Assembly: GCA_964016885.1 (NCBI GenBank)
Contig: OZ024742.1
Coordinates: 82,522,001-82,586,000 of the forward strand
Reading direction: 5' to 3'
Origin: Eledone cirrhosa
Lineage: Eukaryota
Length of the DNA stretch: 64,000 nucleotides
The notes beneath the pieces were generated by a model. That model saw only the letters and a program-made list of their open reading frames with translations. It was not told where the DNA came from and searched no databases. Numbering within the stretch: the stretch's first letter is position 1; each line of letters starts with the position of its first letter. Shown here piece by piece: positions 13,561 through 29,524 of the stretch. The position numbers were made by a program, and so were the translations under genes.

Positions 13561-14119
13561 TAGTATTGTTATTATTGCTTTTATTGCTGTTACAATTGCT
13601 GTTGTTGTCATTGGTGCTCTATTCGTTGTTGTTGCTGGTGTTGTTGCAATTATTGTTGCTGATGTGCTTTCGTTTTTGCTTTATTATGTAGTTCTGGCTT
13701 TCACCGCGCTTGTGGTAAATAAAAGAAAATATGATTATGATTATGATTATTTCTATTCATGTTATGTTACAGAATACTATTTTGCTGTGTTGTTGTAGCA
13801 GAAAATATTTCAGAATAGTTTACCGAAGATTCTCTTTTTCATATTCCACATAAATTTATATCAGCATTTTTTACTTTCCCTTCTGGTTTGTTATAAATAT
13901 ATATATTATTTTTACAAACACACTTCATGGAACGAAAACACTTTATATGCTTATCAAATTGTCCGAAGGATATTTTGATCAAAATACTGTTTCCGCAAAT
14001 AAGACGAAAAAAACCTATATTTATATCAGCCTATTTGCAAATACGTACATGCTATAACTATTGGTTCTTTACATTACACAAATTCATTCAATTGTAAACA
14101 CACACATAAACATCCACAC

Positions 14120-14195
<76 letters not shown>

Positions 14196-14225
14196 AAAAC
14201 ATATATATATATATATATATATGCG

Positions 14226-14289
<64 letters not shown>

Positions 14290-14290
14290 T

Positions 14291-15677
14291 GTAGGAGGTG
14301 AGTTTTATTGTAGTACAATAAAGCAATGCAGATATCGGATAATAAGCACTCTACAATTTGTAGGACTGGAGTATACATAATATGTAAGAACAAAAGATGG
14401 TTAAAAGAGTTCCATGTATTTTATTATGCGCATTTTGGCTCCACTTCCACCTCTTTTAAAGCTCGTCTTTATAACCATCATTCGTCTGTTAAATATAAAC
14501 TTAAAAGAACCGACACGGCTCATATGGTCCTTGAAAGACAAAAATATTAAATATAGCATCTTTTGGAAGAAGGTTTCTTCTGCGTCTCTATACTTGAACA
14601 GTTCTCTATCCAAAATTTGCAATCTCTGCCTAAATGAAAAATTTACCATTATTTCTAATTTAGACTCTATAATAAATAGACGCACTGACTTGTTTTCTAT
14701 CTGCTTGCATAAATGCCATGAAACATTTCACAAAGTATACAGCTAATATTCAATTCTTTATCAATTTAGAATCTTTTTCTCAAAGGCACATATATATATA
14801 TATACACTTCTTTTAAAAATATACCCATCTTTCTACCTTATTTCAAAGGTTATTATACATTCTATAATACTTGTTAATCATTCTTCTCTTCTTCTTTTAA
14901 TGTCTAACCCCTAATCTGTACCTTTTCTCACTCTTGCCTAACATAGAATCAATTATTACATAATACAATACATTCTTACTCTATATCACCTTGTAAAAAT
15001 CCTTCGTAAACATATACATTTTTTTGACGTTAGATTATTCATCCTCAATTCATTATTCTTTTCTCCCTTTCATCTAACTCATTCATCTCACAATACTTCC
15101 TTACTTAAATAACCTATTGTTCCTTTTAATAATACATATCAACATCTTCTTAACATCGCACATATTATTAAACCCTTAAACATTATTCTCAATACATATT
15201 AACATTTTCTTTTTCATCGCACATATTATCAAACCCCTCAATATACAAACCTTAACTTTACATTATTTTTCTCTTCGTTAATTTTCAAATTCTTTTAATT
15301 CATTCATTATCTTCCAACGGTTTTCAACCTCTCTATGTAAAAGAAGATATCTTTCTCAGTTATAAAAGCTATCTCACTCTATCTATCACCCATCTCTCCT
15401 CCTATCTCATCCTTCCTCATTATACTCCTCCCTCTCCACTTTTTACTCTCATCTCCTCCACCCCCACCTCTAAATAAAATATTTTTCCAAATATCACACA
15501 TCAATCTAAAACTAAACTATGTTGATTTAAACTGAACTATCCACAAGTGTTTTTTAACCTTCATATCATGTCTTCATGTTTTATCTGATAAAAACACAAA
15601 TATTATTGCATGATGATATTTGTTTTTGAAATGCGCATAATAAAATACATGGAACTCTTTTAACCATCTTTTGTTCT

Positions 15678-15680
<3 letters not shown>
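14291..15680 (+). mobile_element. 5'-truncated Naiad-type PLE (family G) with inverted 3'-end copy
   Basis: Inverted tail at 14291-14433. GIY-YIG C-half at 14437-14746 (GSTSTSFKARLYNH; KICNLCLNEKFTII..INRRTDLFSICLHK). HHR-like motif at 15578-15646. Confidence 0.88.
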
Positions 15681-15767
<87 letters not shown>

Positions 15768-16348
15768 GCATATTACTCAATAAAACACCAGAGCCAAAGA
15801 AATGTAACAACTTTAGCAGAAAAAGCTTGGACGCTCAGGGATAGCGATCAAAAGTTTACCCTAAAATGGGAGAAATTAGCTAAAACCCAAAGCTTTTCCA
15901 GGAGCCAAAATTTCTGCAAATTGTGTAATCTTGAGATTTATTACATAATCACACACAAGAAGAAACTGCTGAATAACAGAATTGAACGAACATTATTCTG
16001 CCGTCACAGAACTAAAACCCTTTTTTCCGAATATTACATAAAAGAGGGACATCCCCCAACTATATAAACATTAATCTAGCTAGAAAAATATAAAAACAAT
16101 CTCTTCTCAACATATATTAATAACCTTAAATTACCACACTAATAATGGAAAGATATGCTGATGAGAATAGGTGCAAATATGCGATAATGAATGTGTCTAA
16201 AAACGTCCATAAGTATGTATATATATGTGAAAATGTATATAAATAAGTAAATATATATATATGTTTGATGTGTATAGTTAGATGTAAGTGTATTCATGTA
16301 TTAAAGTGCTTATATATGTATGTATATGTATGTGTATATGTATGTGTG

Positions 16349-16399
<51 letters not shown>

Positions 16400-17127
16400 G
16401 TATGTATATGTATGTATATATGTGTATATGGGTGTGTATGTATGTGTATGTGTGTACACATGGACTAGAGTAAGTATGTATATATGTGTGTGTCTATACG
16501 TGTGTATATAAAGATAAGTTGAGTATGAAAATGTACACACATGAGCGCGTATGTATGTACATGAATACATGTGTGTATATATATGTGTATGCATGTGTAT
16601 ATATATGTAAGTATGAATATGTGAATTAAAAGTATATGTATTTTGTAGAGGTGTGCAAATATATTTATGTGTGAATGCGTGGGTGCAAGGATACGTACAC
16701 TTGAAAGAAAAATTTAAGTCTGAATGTTAATTAAGTGCAAACACAAAACCAACCACGCATATCTTTACTATCTCTAATCCCTCTATAGATTTAGAAAAAT
16801 AACCAATAATATATTCTATAAAAAATGTCAAAACAACAGATGGGAATCTAATTACTCACTGCCACCAAGAATTCTCACTGCTATCGAAAAACCACTCCTT
16901 CACCTATTCTTCTAACAACTTCACCCCTCCCTCCTAATATTCTCTATAAAAACTAAATAGGTCATCAGTAATATTATTCTGATGAAATGACAGTAAATAA
17001 TAACATTGAAATATTAAATGTCTGCTTAACTAAAAGTTTGTAGATAGCAGCTGTTTTAGGTTATGTAACTGTTATAGAAACACGTGTCAATAAATTCCTT
17101 TCAACTAAACGGTATCCATTCAAATCT

Positions 17128-17130
<3 letters not shown>
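15768..17130 (+). mobile_element. 5'-truncated Naiad-type PLE (endonuclease end plus 3' region)
   Basis: 15769-~16066 translates as HYSIKH..VTTLAEKAWTL..LKWEKL..FCKLCNLEIYYI..LLNNRIERTLFCRHR. HHR at the 3' end; TA flanks. Confidence 0.85.
16975..17092 (+). ncRNA. Type-I hammerhead with 91-nt domain II
   Basis: tatt-CTGATGA-aatgacag...ctgttata-GAAA-CACGTG-TC-aata, overlapping AATAAA. Confidence 0.75.
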
Positions 17131-17182
<52 letters not shown>

Positions 17183-17268
17183 GTATACTCCAGTCCTACA
17201 AACTGTAGAGTGCTTCTTATCCTATATCTGCATTGCTTTACTGTACTACAATAAAACTTACCTCCTAC

Positions 17269-17421
<153 letters not shown>

Positions 17422-17459
17422 CATATATATGAACATATATATATGTATATATATATATA

Positions 17460-18320
17460 TGTATCCGATACTCCCCCACTCTCTATATATATATCCACAC
17501 GCGCGCATGAACATACATGTGTGTATATATGCATATAGATATATCTATGTGCGGGCTGTGTGGGCGCCTGTATGTGCGTGCATATAGGTGTGTACGTATG
17601 TGTGTATATATATCAGTATATGTGCGCATGTATATACATATATATACAACGTATTTGTCAGACTAAGAGTATCTGGGTATGTATCTCCCTATGGATTCGA
17701 CACCACCAACCCATCCACCACACCACCACAAACGCCACTACCATAAACAACAATATCACAACTACACCCCACACGCGCCAACCCGTCTACCGACAACCCA
17801 CTACTATCACACCACAGCCCATCCCAGTCAGCGACAGTCGCAACCATCTTATCATCAAATCAACCCCCATATAGACTACAGGCCAAATCCAATCAGCCAC
17901 CACCACACCACAGCCTATCGCAGCCAGCGACCGTCACCAACATCTTATCATCAAATCCACTCCACATAGACTACAGGCCAAAGAAAATCCGCCACCACCA
18001 CACCAGTGCCTATTGCAGCCACTGACGGTCACCAACATCTTATCATCACATCCACCCCCACCTACACTACCGGCCAGTACATCCCTTTGATCCTTCCCGC
18101 CAATCAAAACAAATCATACTGTCAAACTCTTGAAATTCTGTCTTTACCACATAGCATGTATTTCATTTTCTTATAGCATTTTAAAGGGTCCGTCGGGCTG
18201 CCGATCAATTAGTCGGGTAGGATCGATACAGATCGAACATTGAACTGATCAGTGGCGAAACGCGCGTCACCTACCAATAAATGTAATGAAGGAGTAACCA
18301 ATCGTCATTGTTATCCTTTC
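17460..18320 (+). mobile_element. Non-coding PLE-like 3' end with ~96-bp internal tandem repeats and a variant HHR
   Basis: catcttatcatca recurs at about 17845, 17941 and 18037. HHR-like fold at 18186-18272 followed by AATAAA; TA flanks. Confidence 0.6.
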
Positions 18321-18422
18321 AATATATATATATATATATAAAATGTACGTATACATATATATGTATATATATATATATATATACGTACATATATGTATAT
18401 ATTTACATAAATATATTTATAC

Positions 18423-19822
<1,400 letters not shown>

Positions 19823-19825
19823 CTA

Positions 19826-20135
19826 AATATTTCGTTTCTGAATTTGTTTAGGAAGATTCTTTATCTGAAAATGTGTGTTGAAACTGATATTGTTATACTT
19901 TGGGAGGGTCATGTTGCCAATAAGAAGCATACGCACCATAGGCCTTCACTTCAATTTATTATAATAAATTTATAAATTTCCGGTTCGTTGGTTGATTCCA
20001 CAACCAGATGATTGTTTATATATATATTGTCAAAGTTCTTTCGTCACACATTATGTGACCTCTTCAGTGACTGGGGATTCTTTTCTTTGTTTGTGTACCT
20101 CTCCTTTGTTCTGTCCTACGCCATCTTGTTTGTGT
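19826..20135 (-). mobile_element. Solo pLTR of the PLE at 9856-11385, with HHR at 20028-20072 (-)
   Basis: Colinear with 9856-10190. Confidence 0.85.
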
Positions 20136-20197
20136 GTGTAAATATATATATATATTCATATATATTATATATTCAAATATAAATATATATATATATA

Positions 20198-20242
<45 letters not shown>

Positions 20243-20672
20243 GTGTGTGTGTGTGTATGTATGTGTGTGTGTAGTTTTAATATAGAAGAGCTTCTACATG
20301 ACTAGAACTGTTTAATTCGTGAAGAATCATCAGGAGCTGGCTGTCCAAGTAAGTAGTTGTAATTATATATTTTCTTTTCTGGTGGTAGGAGAGGGTGTGG
20401 ATTGGGATGGGTAGAGGTCATTGGTTGAAGCATTTAAAGAAATGGGAGTTCATTAAAAGATAATACTTTAATTATGTGTATATCCATTTATATGTTCGTA
20501 TGTAATAGTACAGATATACAAAAATCAATTGAGCACACGGAGCGGTGTCCAGTGCAATTAAATAGTATCTAATGTATGTCAGCTTAAATTGGGCTAATAG
20601 ATTCATAGATAGATACATGTATTGTATTTGGTAGGTAAAACTATTGAAGGTATAAATAATGGTAAGAATAAG

Positions 20673-20726
<54 letters not shown>

Positions 20727-20729
<3 letters not shown>

Positions 20730-20777
20730 TATGTATACGTACATACATATATATTTATACAGACGTACAGTAGTATG

Positions 20778-20841
<64 letters not shown>

Positions 20842-21415
20842 CAAGCACACGTATATATATGTACGTATGGATTCACCGAACATTTATTATAATGCTCGGT
20901 GTGTTTGTAAAGAAACATCCCGAATTAAGCCGTACAGTGTCTAGCAACCATCGTTGCTCATTTGTTCAACACTGACAAAGGAACGCTGTACTAGTTTCTA
21001 GCTTATTAGCTATCGTCAGCAACATATACTTTCCTGCCAAATGGTTGAACGTCTGAAAGTTATATACTTTCCTTATGCATATTAACGGCTGAGCAGCCTA
21101 ATTTGCATATCGAGTGGGTTAATCGGCCGGGGTACCCAAAACGATAAACGGAAAAAATGAGATTAGCAACGATGGTTGCTAGACACTGTACGGCTTCATT
21201 CGGGATGTTTGTTTACAGACACACCGAGCAATATTATAAATGTTCGGTGAATCCATACGTACATATATATAGGTGTGCATGTATATATATATATATATAT
21301 ATATACATACTACTGTACGGCTGTATACATATATGTGTGTACGTATATATAATTATATTTAAGTAGCAGCCGTACTAAGAGTGAGAAATGAAATTTCGTT
21401 TCGTTTTTCCGTTTA
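20727..21415. mobile_element. Family D fold-back copy (minus to ~21160, then plus)
   Basis: 21164-21330 is the reverse complement of 20740-20958; HHR at 20985-21025 (-). Confidence 0.82.
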
Positions 21416-21474
21416 TATATATATATATATTATATATGTATTTTAAAAACTATTTGCTCTAGGGTTCTTGTATG

Positions 21475-24390
21475 ACAATCTTATATGACAATCGGCACCA
21501 CTTGGACTTCATGGCAGTTCCAAATCCTTTTTACCTCTCACTTTATGTCCCGGTATCGGTTAATTTTCTCCCTCTCCTTCTCTTGCACTCTCGTGTGGAA
21601 TGGGCAGACCACATCCACAATCAGGCACGATCTTCTTTCCTTGTCCAAAACCACCAGCTCAGGTCTATTGTGTTCCAGTTTCTTGTCCGTCTGTATCCTA
21701 AAATCCCACAGCACCTTCACCTGATCGTTTTCTATCACCGACTCTGGCTTATGCTCATACCACTTCTCAGAATGTGGTAAATTGTTTACTTTGCATAGGT
21801 GCCAGTGGATCACCCTGCCCATCACATCATGTCTCCAGCCTTTATAGTGAGTCTAAGCTAGGTGTCTACACTCGGATACAATGTGAGCCACAGTCTCCTC
21901 TCTCCACAGTTCCTGCACAGTGGGCTAGCCTCCTCCTTGTAAATATGGTGTTTCAACCCTCTTCGTTTTGAGGGCCTGCTCTTGCGCAGTCATTAGCATT
22001 CCTTCTGTAGCCTTTTTAAGGTCTCCTCTTTTGAACCAGTTCCATGTCTGTGGATCTCTGAATTCAGTTTTCTCAAAGAAGGTACTATGAAGGGATTTTT
22101 CATGAAGGCTGCTCTTTCTCCTTGTTATTTCCTCCTTGGACATCCCCTGGTCTATTGTCCTCTCCTTCAGTACAAATCTGAGCATTGGCTCATTACTATC
22201 AGTCACGTATTTGTGTAGGTTGTTTTTCTCCATCTGAACACAGTCCTCTATGCTGATAAGACCTCTTCCACCTTCAGATCTCCTTAAGTAAAGTCTATCA
22301 ACAACACTCCTCTTGTGGAACATGTTGTAGATAGTCAATAGCTTCCTCGTCTTCCTATCCATTTCTTTTTCCTTCTCAGAATTCCTGCACTGTACCTAAT
22401 AATAGAAACAGCTCGGGAATTTACTGCACTTATGGCATTCCTACTGTTCAGATGTGATTTTAATAGGCTCCTTACTCTCCGAATGTATTCAGATCTTATC
22501 AATTCCTTCATTTTTTTTTGTTTGTCCTTGATGTCATCAGCCCCCAGAACGCCTAAATATTTGTATCCTTCTTCAGTATCAATTTCCTTTATCATCTCAC
22601 CTGTTGGTACCTGGATTCCGTTGCTTCTGCTCAATTTACACTTCTTCAACACAAGGACTCCACACTTTCTAATACCAAATTGCATACATATATCATTGTT
22701 GAAAATACGGACAGTATCAACGAGCACATCCTACTCCTTCTCACTCTTCCCGAAGAGCTTAAGATCGTCCATGAAGAGATGATTGATGGTAAGCTCTCCC
22801 TTTCCCAACTTGTATCCTGCTCTCACTTTTCGCAGTATAATAGTCAGGGTGATCAGGGCAAGGACAAACAACAGAAGGGAAAAACTATCTCCCTGGAAGA
22901 TAACTCTCTTGATCTTCACGCCTCCCAAGGATTCTCCAGCTGATGTTAACTCTGTTTTCCAGGACTTCATACTTTTGCTCAACAAATGTCTGATGTTATC
23001 TGCCACCTTGAAGATCTCTGGGCTTTTGGTTATCCAAGAATGAGGTACCATGTCAAATGTCTTTTAGTAGTCTATCCATCCCATGGCAAGACAGGTGTGT
23101 CTCCTATTGCAATTCCTCATTACCATCTTATCAATAAGTAACTGATCCTTTGTACCACAGGACATCTTTCGGCATCCTTTCTGTTCGTCCGGTAACAAGT
23201 TGTTTATGTGGAGGTGATGGTAGATTTCCTCAGACACAATGCTTGTTAACAGTTTCCACATTACGGACAGACATGTGATAGGTCTATAGTTGGTAACATC
23301 ATTACCCTTGGTTCAGTCTTTCATTACCAGAACTGTGGTACCTTTTGAAAACCACTCTGGTACCTCACCTGACATCAAGCAGTCATTGAACCTGGTTGTC
23401 AGTTTCGGGTGGAGGAATGTTATATTTTTAATCCAATACCCCTGCACACCATCTGGGCCTGGTGATTTCCAGTTGGTTAGTTTTCTGTCCAGCTCCTTAA
23501 GAATTTCAACTGTGATACTCAAAACAGTTTGTTGTTGTGCCTGTTCACTAATCTCCTTTTGTACTGTCTCAATCCACACTGCCTGGTCATTATGTTTAAC
23601 ATCCTGATCCCATATTCCTCTCCAGAATGTCTTAGTTTGTTCCGCTTTAGGGATCAAGTCGTTGCCGCTTTCTTTCCTTTCAAGCTGTCCAAACAAAATC
23701 TTCTGGTTGTTGTCACACATGCGGTTCTGTCTATACTGACTGACTCTGCTTTCGTATCGCCTAATCTTTGCGCTCTTTGCTACAATGCGTTGCTTCAGTT
23801 CCTCTATGATAATATTTAGCTTTTTCCTCCTAGTTTTGTACTTTATTTCCAGTCTATTTTTAGTGTTTATGTGATGTAGTTTCCCATTCAGTAGGGACTC
23901 AAGCTTTCAATGTTATTTCTCATTTCCCTGATTTGACCATTCAGTCGTTTCTTCCACCAAGATTCTTATCTTTCTTGTTTGTTGTTTCCTCTCGCTTTTA
24001 TGCCAAGTAATTTCCTCACCGCATTTGCTGTTGCTTTGAGGATATTGTTGCCATGGTGAAGGTTCCTCGCCTCAAAGTATGGGATGACTTTGTTTACCTT
24101 AGCTGTTGTTTCTTTTAACTTTTTCCTCTCTACAAATCTTAGGTTCATAGGTTTCCCACTATCATTGTTCATTTCATCTACCACTAAGTTAAGGATATCA
24201 ACCAAATCTTGTCCTAGCCCGTCAACATTCATTTCCTCAATGGCCGTATCTCTGTTCCAGGTATTATTTCAGCATTCAGATCATTGTCTGCTTCGGATGC
24301 TTCCTCCGTTCTCTCAACCTCTTCACCTTCATTTCCCACTGGATCGTTTGCCTGGCATACTCCACTCTCCATTATATCGCTTATTCACCC
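21475..24390 (-). mobile_element. Decayed non-LTR retrotransposon with RT and restriction-like endonuclease (R4/Dong-like)
   Basis: [88 protein letters not shown] knuckle (CRNC..HIVSEC), RHD, WDF..HNRPELV. Multiple frameshifts. Confidence 0.9.
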
Positions 24391-25036
24391 ATTAGTTCTT
24401 AATACATTAGTTCTTAATACTGTTGTCAATATTATAAATAGTTTTGGTAAAGATTACCTTCGTGAGGGTATAAAAGCATTATATATTTTCTTTCACGTGT
24501 TTCGTAAATTCTTTAAATTTTATTTTCAAAAAATTAGAATTTTAAAAATTAAACTTGATAGTATAATATAATATTAATACAAATACCTATTAATTTTTAA
24601 AACCTAAAATATTACTCATTATTTTGAATAGTAACGGTCAACTAAATAAATTTTGATATATATTGCATATATGGAAAATTGTCTATAAACTTGAACATAA
24701 ATTACTCCCCTTTGTCTCTCTCTCTCTCTTTAATCATCTTTCATTTGTTTTTTTCGAGCCACCTACTAAATATATTATCACATCAGCTGTTTCTTCCTCT
24801 ATGCTTTCCTTTCTTTCCTCTTTCTTCAGTAGTTTAAAAAAAAAAATGTTTAACTGTTATATTGAAGCCATGTATTTTTTAAGGTGTATTACACGCACCC
24901 TCTCTATTGTTTGTATTATATATTTTTCTCATGTTCTCAATATTAGGGTATAAATATTGAGTTTTATTATATGTTAATCACTACCATGACTGAATCTTAA
25001 CCATCTACTATGTCAAGGTATGTCATGCATCATCTT

Positions 25037-25101
25037 ATTTTATCTGATGAGGACGTACAGTTGAACTTAACTCAGTACCTCTGAAATATGTATAATAAAA
25101 T
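25037..25101 (+). ncRNA. Type-I hammerhead at the 3' end of an AT-rich repeat (about 24430-25242)
   Basis: attttat-CTGATGA-ggacgtac..gtacctct-GAAA-TATGTA-TA-ataaaat. Confidence 0.72.
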
Positions 25102-25239
25102 ATAATTGATCACAAGAATATCTATTTTGTTAATATTTTAAATTAATATTAATAACTCTGGAAAACATTTTTTGTTGAGTGCTTCCAATCTATTGTAAAA
25201 CTCATTCTTTGATGTATTCATTGAACCTTGTTTAACTTT

Positions 25240-25335
<96 letters not shown>

Positions 25336-25791
25336 TAAAGGCATCTATCAGTTAGAATCTTAGCTCAATCTGTTAATCAAAGAGTCATCACGCAAACGTT
25401 CACAATTTGGTAATTCAGCAGTTTATTTAATATTTTCCATTCCAAAGTTGTTTAAGTGTTATGTGAATTTCGCACTGTATAAATGCATGTATTTAGCAAA
25501 ATAGAATGTGAAAACCTTCCGGAATTGTCATATATTTTCCTCACTGAGAACTATACATTTCTCAAATATTCCTTCCAGTCTTTAAATCCTTTAGTATTAA
25601 CATTTCTCCAATTATAACATCACAACCTTCTGAATATTTAAATAAATTTCAATCCTTATATCTAACAGTTTCTCAAATTTATAACCAAATATTTCTCTTG
25701 GTTTGAGTGTTGTTAATTGCAGTATTCATAAAGTGACATGGATGCCGTCATATATATATTTATATTTCTGCTCGATCTAAATATAAATTTT

Positions 25792-25872
25792 TTTCTTATA
25801 TTTACATTTAAATTTTCATTCTTATATTTACATTTAAATTTTCATTCTTATATTTACATTTAAATTTTCATT
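25792..25872. repeat. 26-bp minisatellite x3
   Basis: ttcttatatttacatttaaattttca repeated. Confidence 0.9.
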
Positions 25873-26119
25873 CGAATGTTTCGATAAATATAGCTGAATA
25901 TCTGCTTCCAATATATGTGTTTGTGGGCCTAATATAAAGGACAATATTCTGCCATAAAACACGGAGATTCCTACAATATTTGCTCTGCGTTCAAATTCCA
26001 TAAATATTAATTATACACTTCTTCCCTTATGTGTGGTACGTTCATCGACTAAATATACTACACATACCCACAAACTTTCTTTTATAGCTTGATGATAAGA
26101 TATCATTATTTCCTTTCCA

Positions 26120-27127
26120 GGGCGGTGGATTGGCAGTATCGGTAGAGTGTCGGACGCCATGCTTTCCAGCATAGTTACGTCCCTTTACGATCTGAGTTCA
26201 AATCCCGCCGAGGTTGACTTTGCCTTTCATCCTTACGGGGTCGATAAAATAAAGTACCAGTAATGCACTGGATAATTGCTGGCCTTGTGCCAAAAGTAGA
26301 AACAATTATTTCTTTCGGTAGGTTGACTTTGCCTTTCATCCTTACAGGGTCGATAAAATAAAGTACCAGTAATGCACTGGGTATTTGCTGGACTTGTGCC
26401 TAAATTAGAAATAACTATTTCTTTCGTTAGAGGGTCGGACGCCATGCTTTGACGTATAGAGTTACGGATCTTGCCATTCTGAGTTCAAATCCCGCCGAGG
26501 TTAACTTTGCCTTTCATCTTTACGGGGTCGATAAAATAAAGTACCAGTAATACACTGGGTAATTGCTGCCCTTGTGCCAACAGTAGAAACAATTATTTCT
26601 TTTAAGGGCGGTGGATTGGTAGTATGGGTAGAGGGTCGGACGCCATGTTTTGACGCATAGAGTTAAATCCCTTGCCATTCTGAGTTCAAATCCCGTCGAG
26701 GTTAACTTTGCCTTTCATCCTTACGGGGTCGATAAAATAAAGTACCAGTAATGCACCGGCATAATTGCTGGCCTTGTGCCAAAAGTAGAAACAATTATTT
26801 CTTTCAAGGTCTGAGTTCAAATCCCGCCGAGATTAACTTTGCTTTTCATCATTAAGGATTCGATAAAATAAAGTACCAGTAATGTACTGGATAATTTTCT
26901 GGACTTGTGTCAAAAGTAGAAACAATTATTTCTTGTGGATTGGCAGTATTGGTAGAGGGTCAGATGCCATGCTTTGCAGCAAAGAGTTACGTCTCTTTAT
27001 GGTTTGAGTTCAAATCCTGCCGAGGTTAACTTTGCCTTTCATCCTTACGGGGTCGATAAAATAAAGCACCAGTAATACACTGGAATAATTGCTGGCCTTG
27101 TGCCAAATGTAGAAACAATTATTTCTT
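26120..27127 (+). mobile_element. Tandem array of six full or 5'-truncated tRNA-derived SINE copies
   Basis: Units start at about 26120, 26315, 26425, 26606, 26808 and 26935; each ends gaaacaattatttct or a close variant. Confidence 0.92.
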
Positions 27128-29524
27128 ATTTTGAATGTCGATGGAATCTAATACACAATTGGAACTCCGTTGTATTTCATTTTTTTTATTTTTAAGTAAG
27201 TCTAATATTTTTTTGTAATTCAGGATGTTGGATAGCTATCCCTTTGCATGTACCGATTTAGAAATCCAGTAATACGTAGAATTATTTTACTTTGTTTACT
27301 TCAGTCGGTTTTGTTTCCTCTATTTCATATCAGAAATGGGGCTGATCAACTGATAAAATTTAAATATATAAGTTGACAGACAGTCTTTACATATGTTTCT
27401 GTGTGTGTCCAGGTTCCTGGTGCAACCTTATGAGGAATGTATATGATGGTTGTGGGTTCATATATTTGAGCTAAATTTCATGAGCCGGTTATTCAGTTGA
27501 ACGAAGAGCAGAAATACTAATCTTCGAAATCGATGAAAGCACATTCTGTGCGTGTATTCGCGGGATTGTTTGCCTCTGTTTGTATATCTATTTGATGCGT
27601 ATTATTTCTGAATTGGCAGTATCGGTAGAGGGTCGGACGCCATAATTGCTGGCATTGTGCCAAAAGTAGAATGAATTATTTGAATGTTATCTGACTAGAA
27701 AAGTGCATACCTAAGTCTTTTTAACTATGCACATGCAACAGATTCATATTAAATAGGTGTGTTGAAATGTATTCGTATACGTGAGTGATTGCGTGTGTGA
27801 CTGAGAGGACATTTTGTATAAAATACAATGTGTGAACTTAAATGATTGAGTTCCGTCATAGATCTGTGTATCTGATGGTGTATACAGATATATACCTTTA
27901 ATCTGCAATGTATGCAAAGGTCCATATATATTGACATTCAGAAAAAAACAGTATATTAATGATTGATTATTTCCGATAGGAATACCACTCTTATGTTTCT
28001 CGTCCATCAGAAAACATTTTGTGGATCAGTGATAATGTTGAACTACATTAACGTTGTTTTTATTCTCGTCAACGAATGTCAATATTTTCCTGGTTTTTGC
28101 GTCTCATGCTACACATATACATGCACTCTCTTGTCCAATTATATTCTAGCAATAATGTTTTTCGCATTTGTCTCTCCTTTTGTCGAAGGATATCATACAT
28201 TTTCAAATCCATTCTCAGTTTCTTTCGACCCACAAACATCTCCCCAACATGACTTCAAATCTGGCTTAAGCGCAGCAGCATAGAATCGTCGAATTAGCAG
28301 TGCATTTGGGCCAGACGCCATTTCTGAACTCACTGACATATAAGATGCCCACGCATTTGTTCCTGTGAGTACAACCATGAACGTTGACCTCGTAAATGAC
28401 GTCCATCCGTCTTGAATGATTAGTATTAGCATGAGCTGGTAGAAGCCGACCTACGACCGGCATAACCTCGACTGCCAATAAACTCATCATAATTTCCCTT
28501 TTCTTGTGTAATTTTCTCTCTGACCCCAACTGTAAAAAATCTTCTACTCTAACCTCCATGTGTTATTCAATCCAGGTTCCCTTAACAGTTACTACTCCGA
28601 GATATTTCTAAGTCCTCCAACCCTTCCTCATCAGCATTTGATTCGTTTTATTATTATTATTAATTTGATGTTCCGTCGGACCGGTTATTTTAGGGAATAC
28701 CGTGATACAACTAGTAACCTAGGGTAACTGCAAATTCTTCGTCTCATTCCTTGTCATGTCACTACTGCTGGTAGTCCGGAACCGCTCACACTATCCCCAG
28801 TTGAAAATTCTATTTTCGACAGGTAGATTTAAAGGTTCTTTATCAACATACGAAGAACACCAATTACAAGTAGGACAATGTTGACTCATTTTATTTCATT
28901 AATCTAGCATTTCAAGGTATCATATTTTAAGTCGGTATAATCCCCTACCAATTCTGCCAATCCAAATAATAATAATATATCAATATTAATATTAGTAGTA
29001 AAGTACCAGTAATACACTGGGTATGTGCTGGCCTTGTGCCAAAAGTAGAAACAATTATTAATATTATTAGTATTATTGTTATTATTATTTTGATTGCATT
29101 ATTGTCCGTATCGCATTGTAGTATTTGGCCGTCAGTGTTGTTAATTTCTGGAGAAGATTTAGTTGTGAGTGATATAGGAGAATAACATATTATTTGAAGT
29201 CGATATATTAATGAATAGCATAACATATTATATGTTGGTTGTAGACTAATGAGGGGCGTAAACAGAATCAATGACTGTGTTATTACTTTTGATGTATTCT
29301 TTAAATTGTTCAGAATGACGGCGTTCTAATTTCTTTTTAAATACTAAATGAACGTTTCAACTAACTAAGCAGCGATAAATCACATATGTATGGTTTTGCG
29401 AACGTATAATAAATTGCTCTATAAAATTAACTTAAATGGTGATAATATATTTTAACGGTTTTCATATCGCTGCAATATTTGTGAACGTAGACGTGTAAAC
29501 ATATATATACATATTATATATATA

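Noticed and set aside
17560-17969. His/Thr/Pro-rich ORFs
   Set aside because: They derive from CA-rich ~96-bp internal repeats of a non-coding element.
26120-27127. CRISPR-like or tRNA gene array
   Set aside because: Units are 110-200 bp SINE copies without unique spacers; A/B boxes are present but there is no cloverleaf; eukaryotic context.
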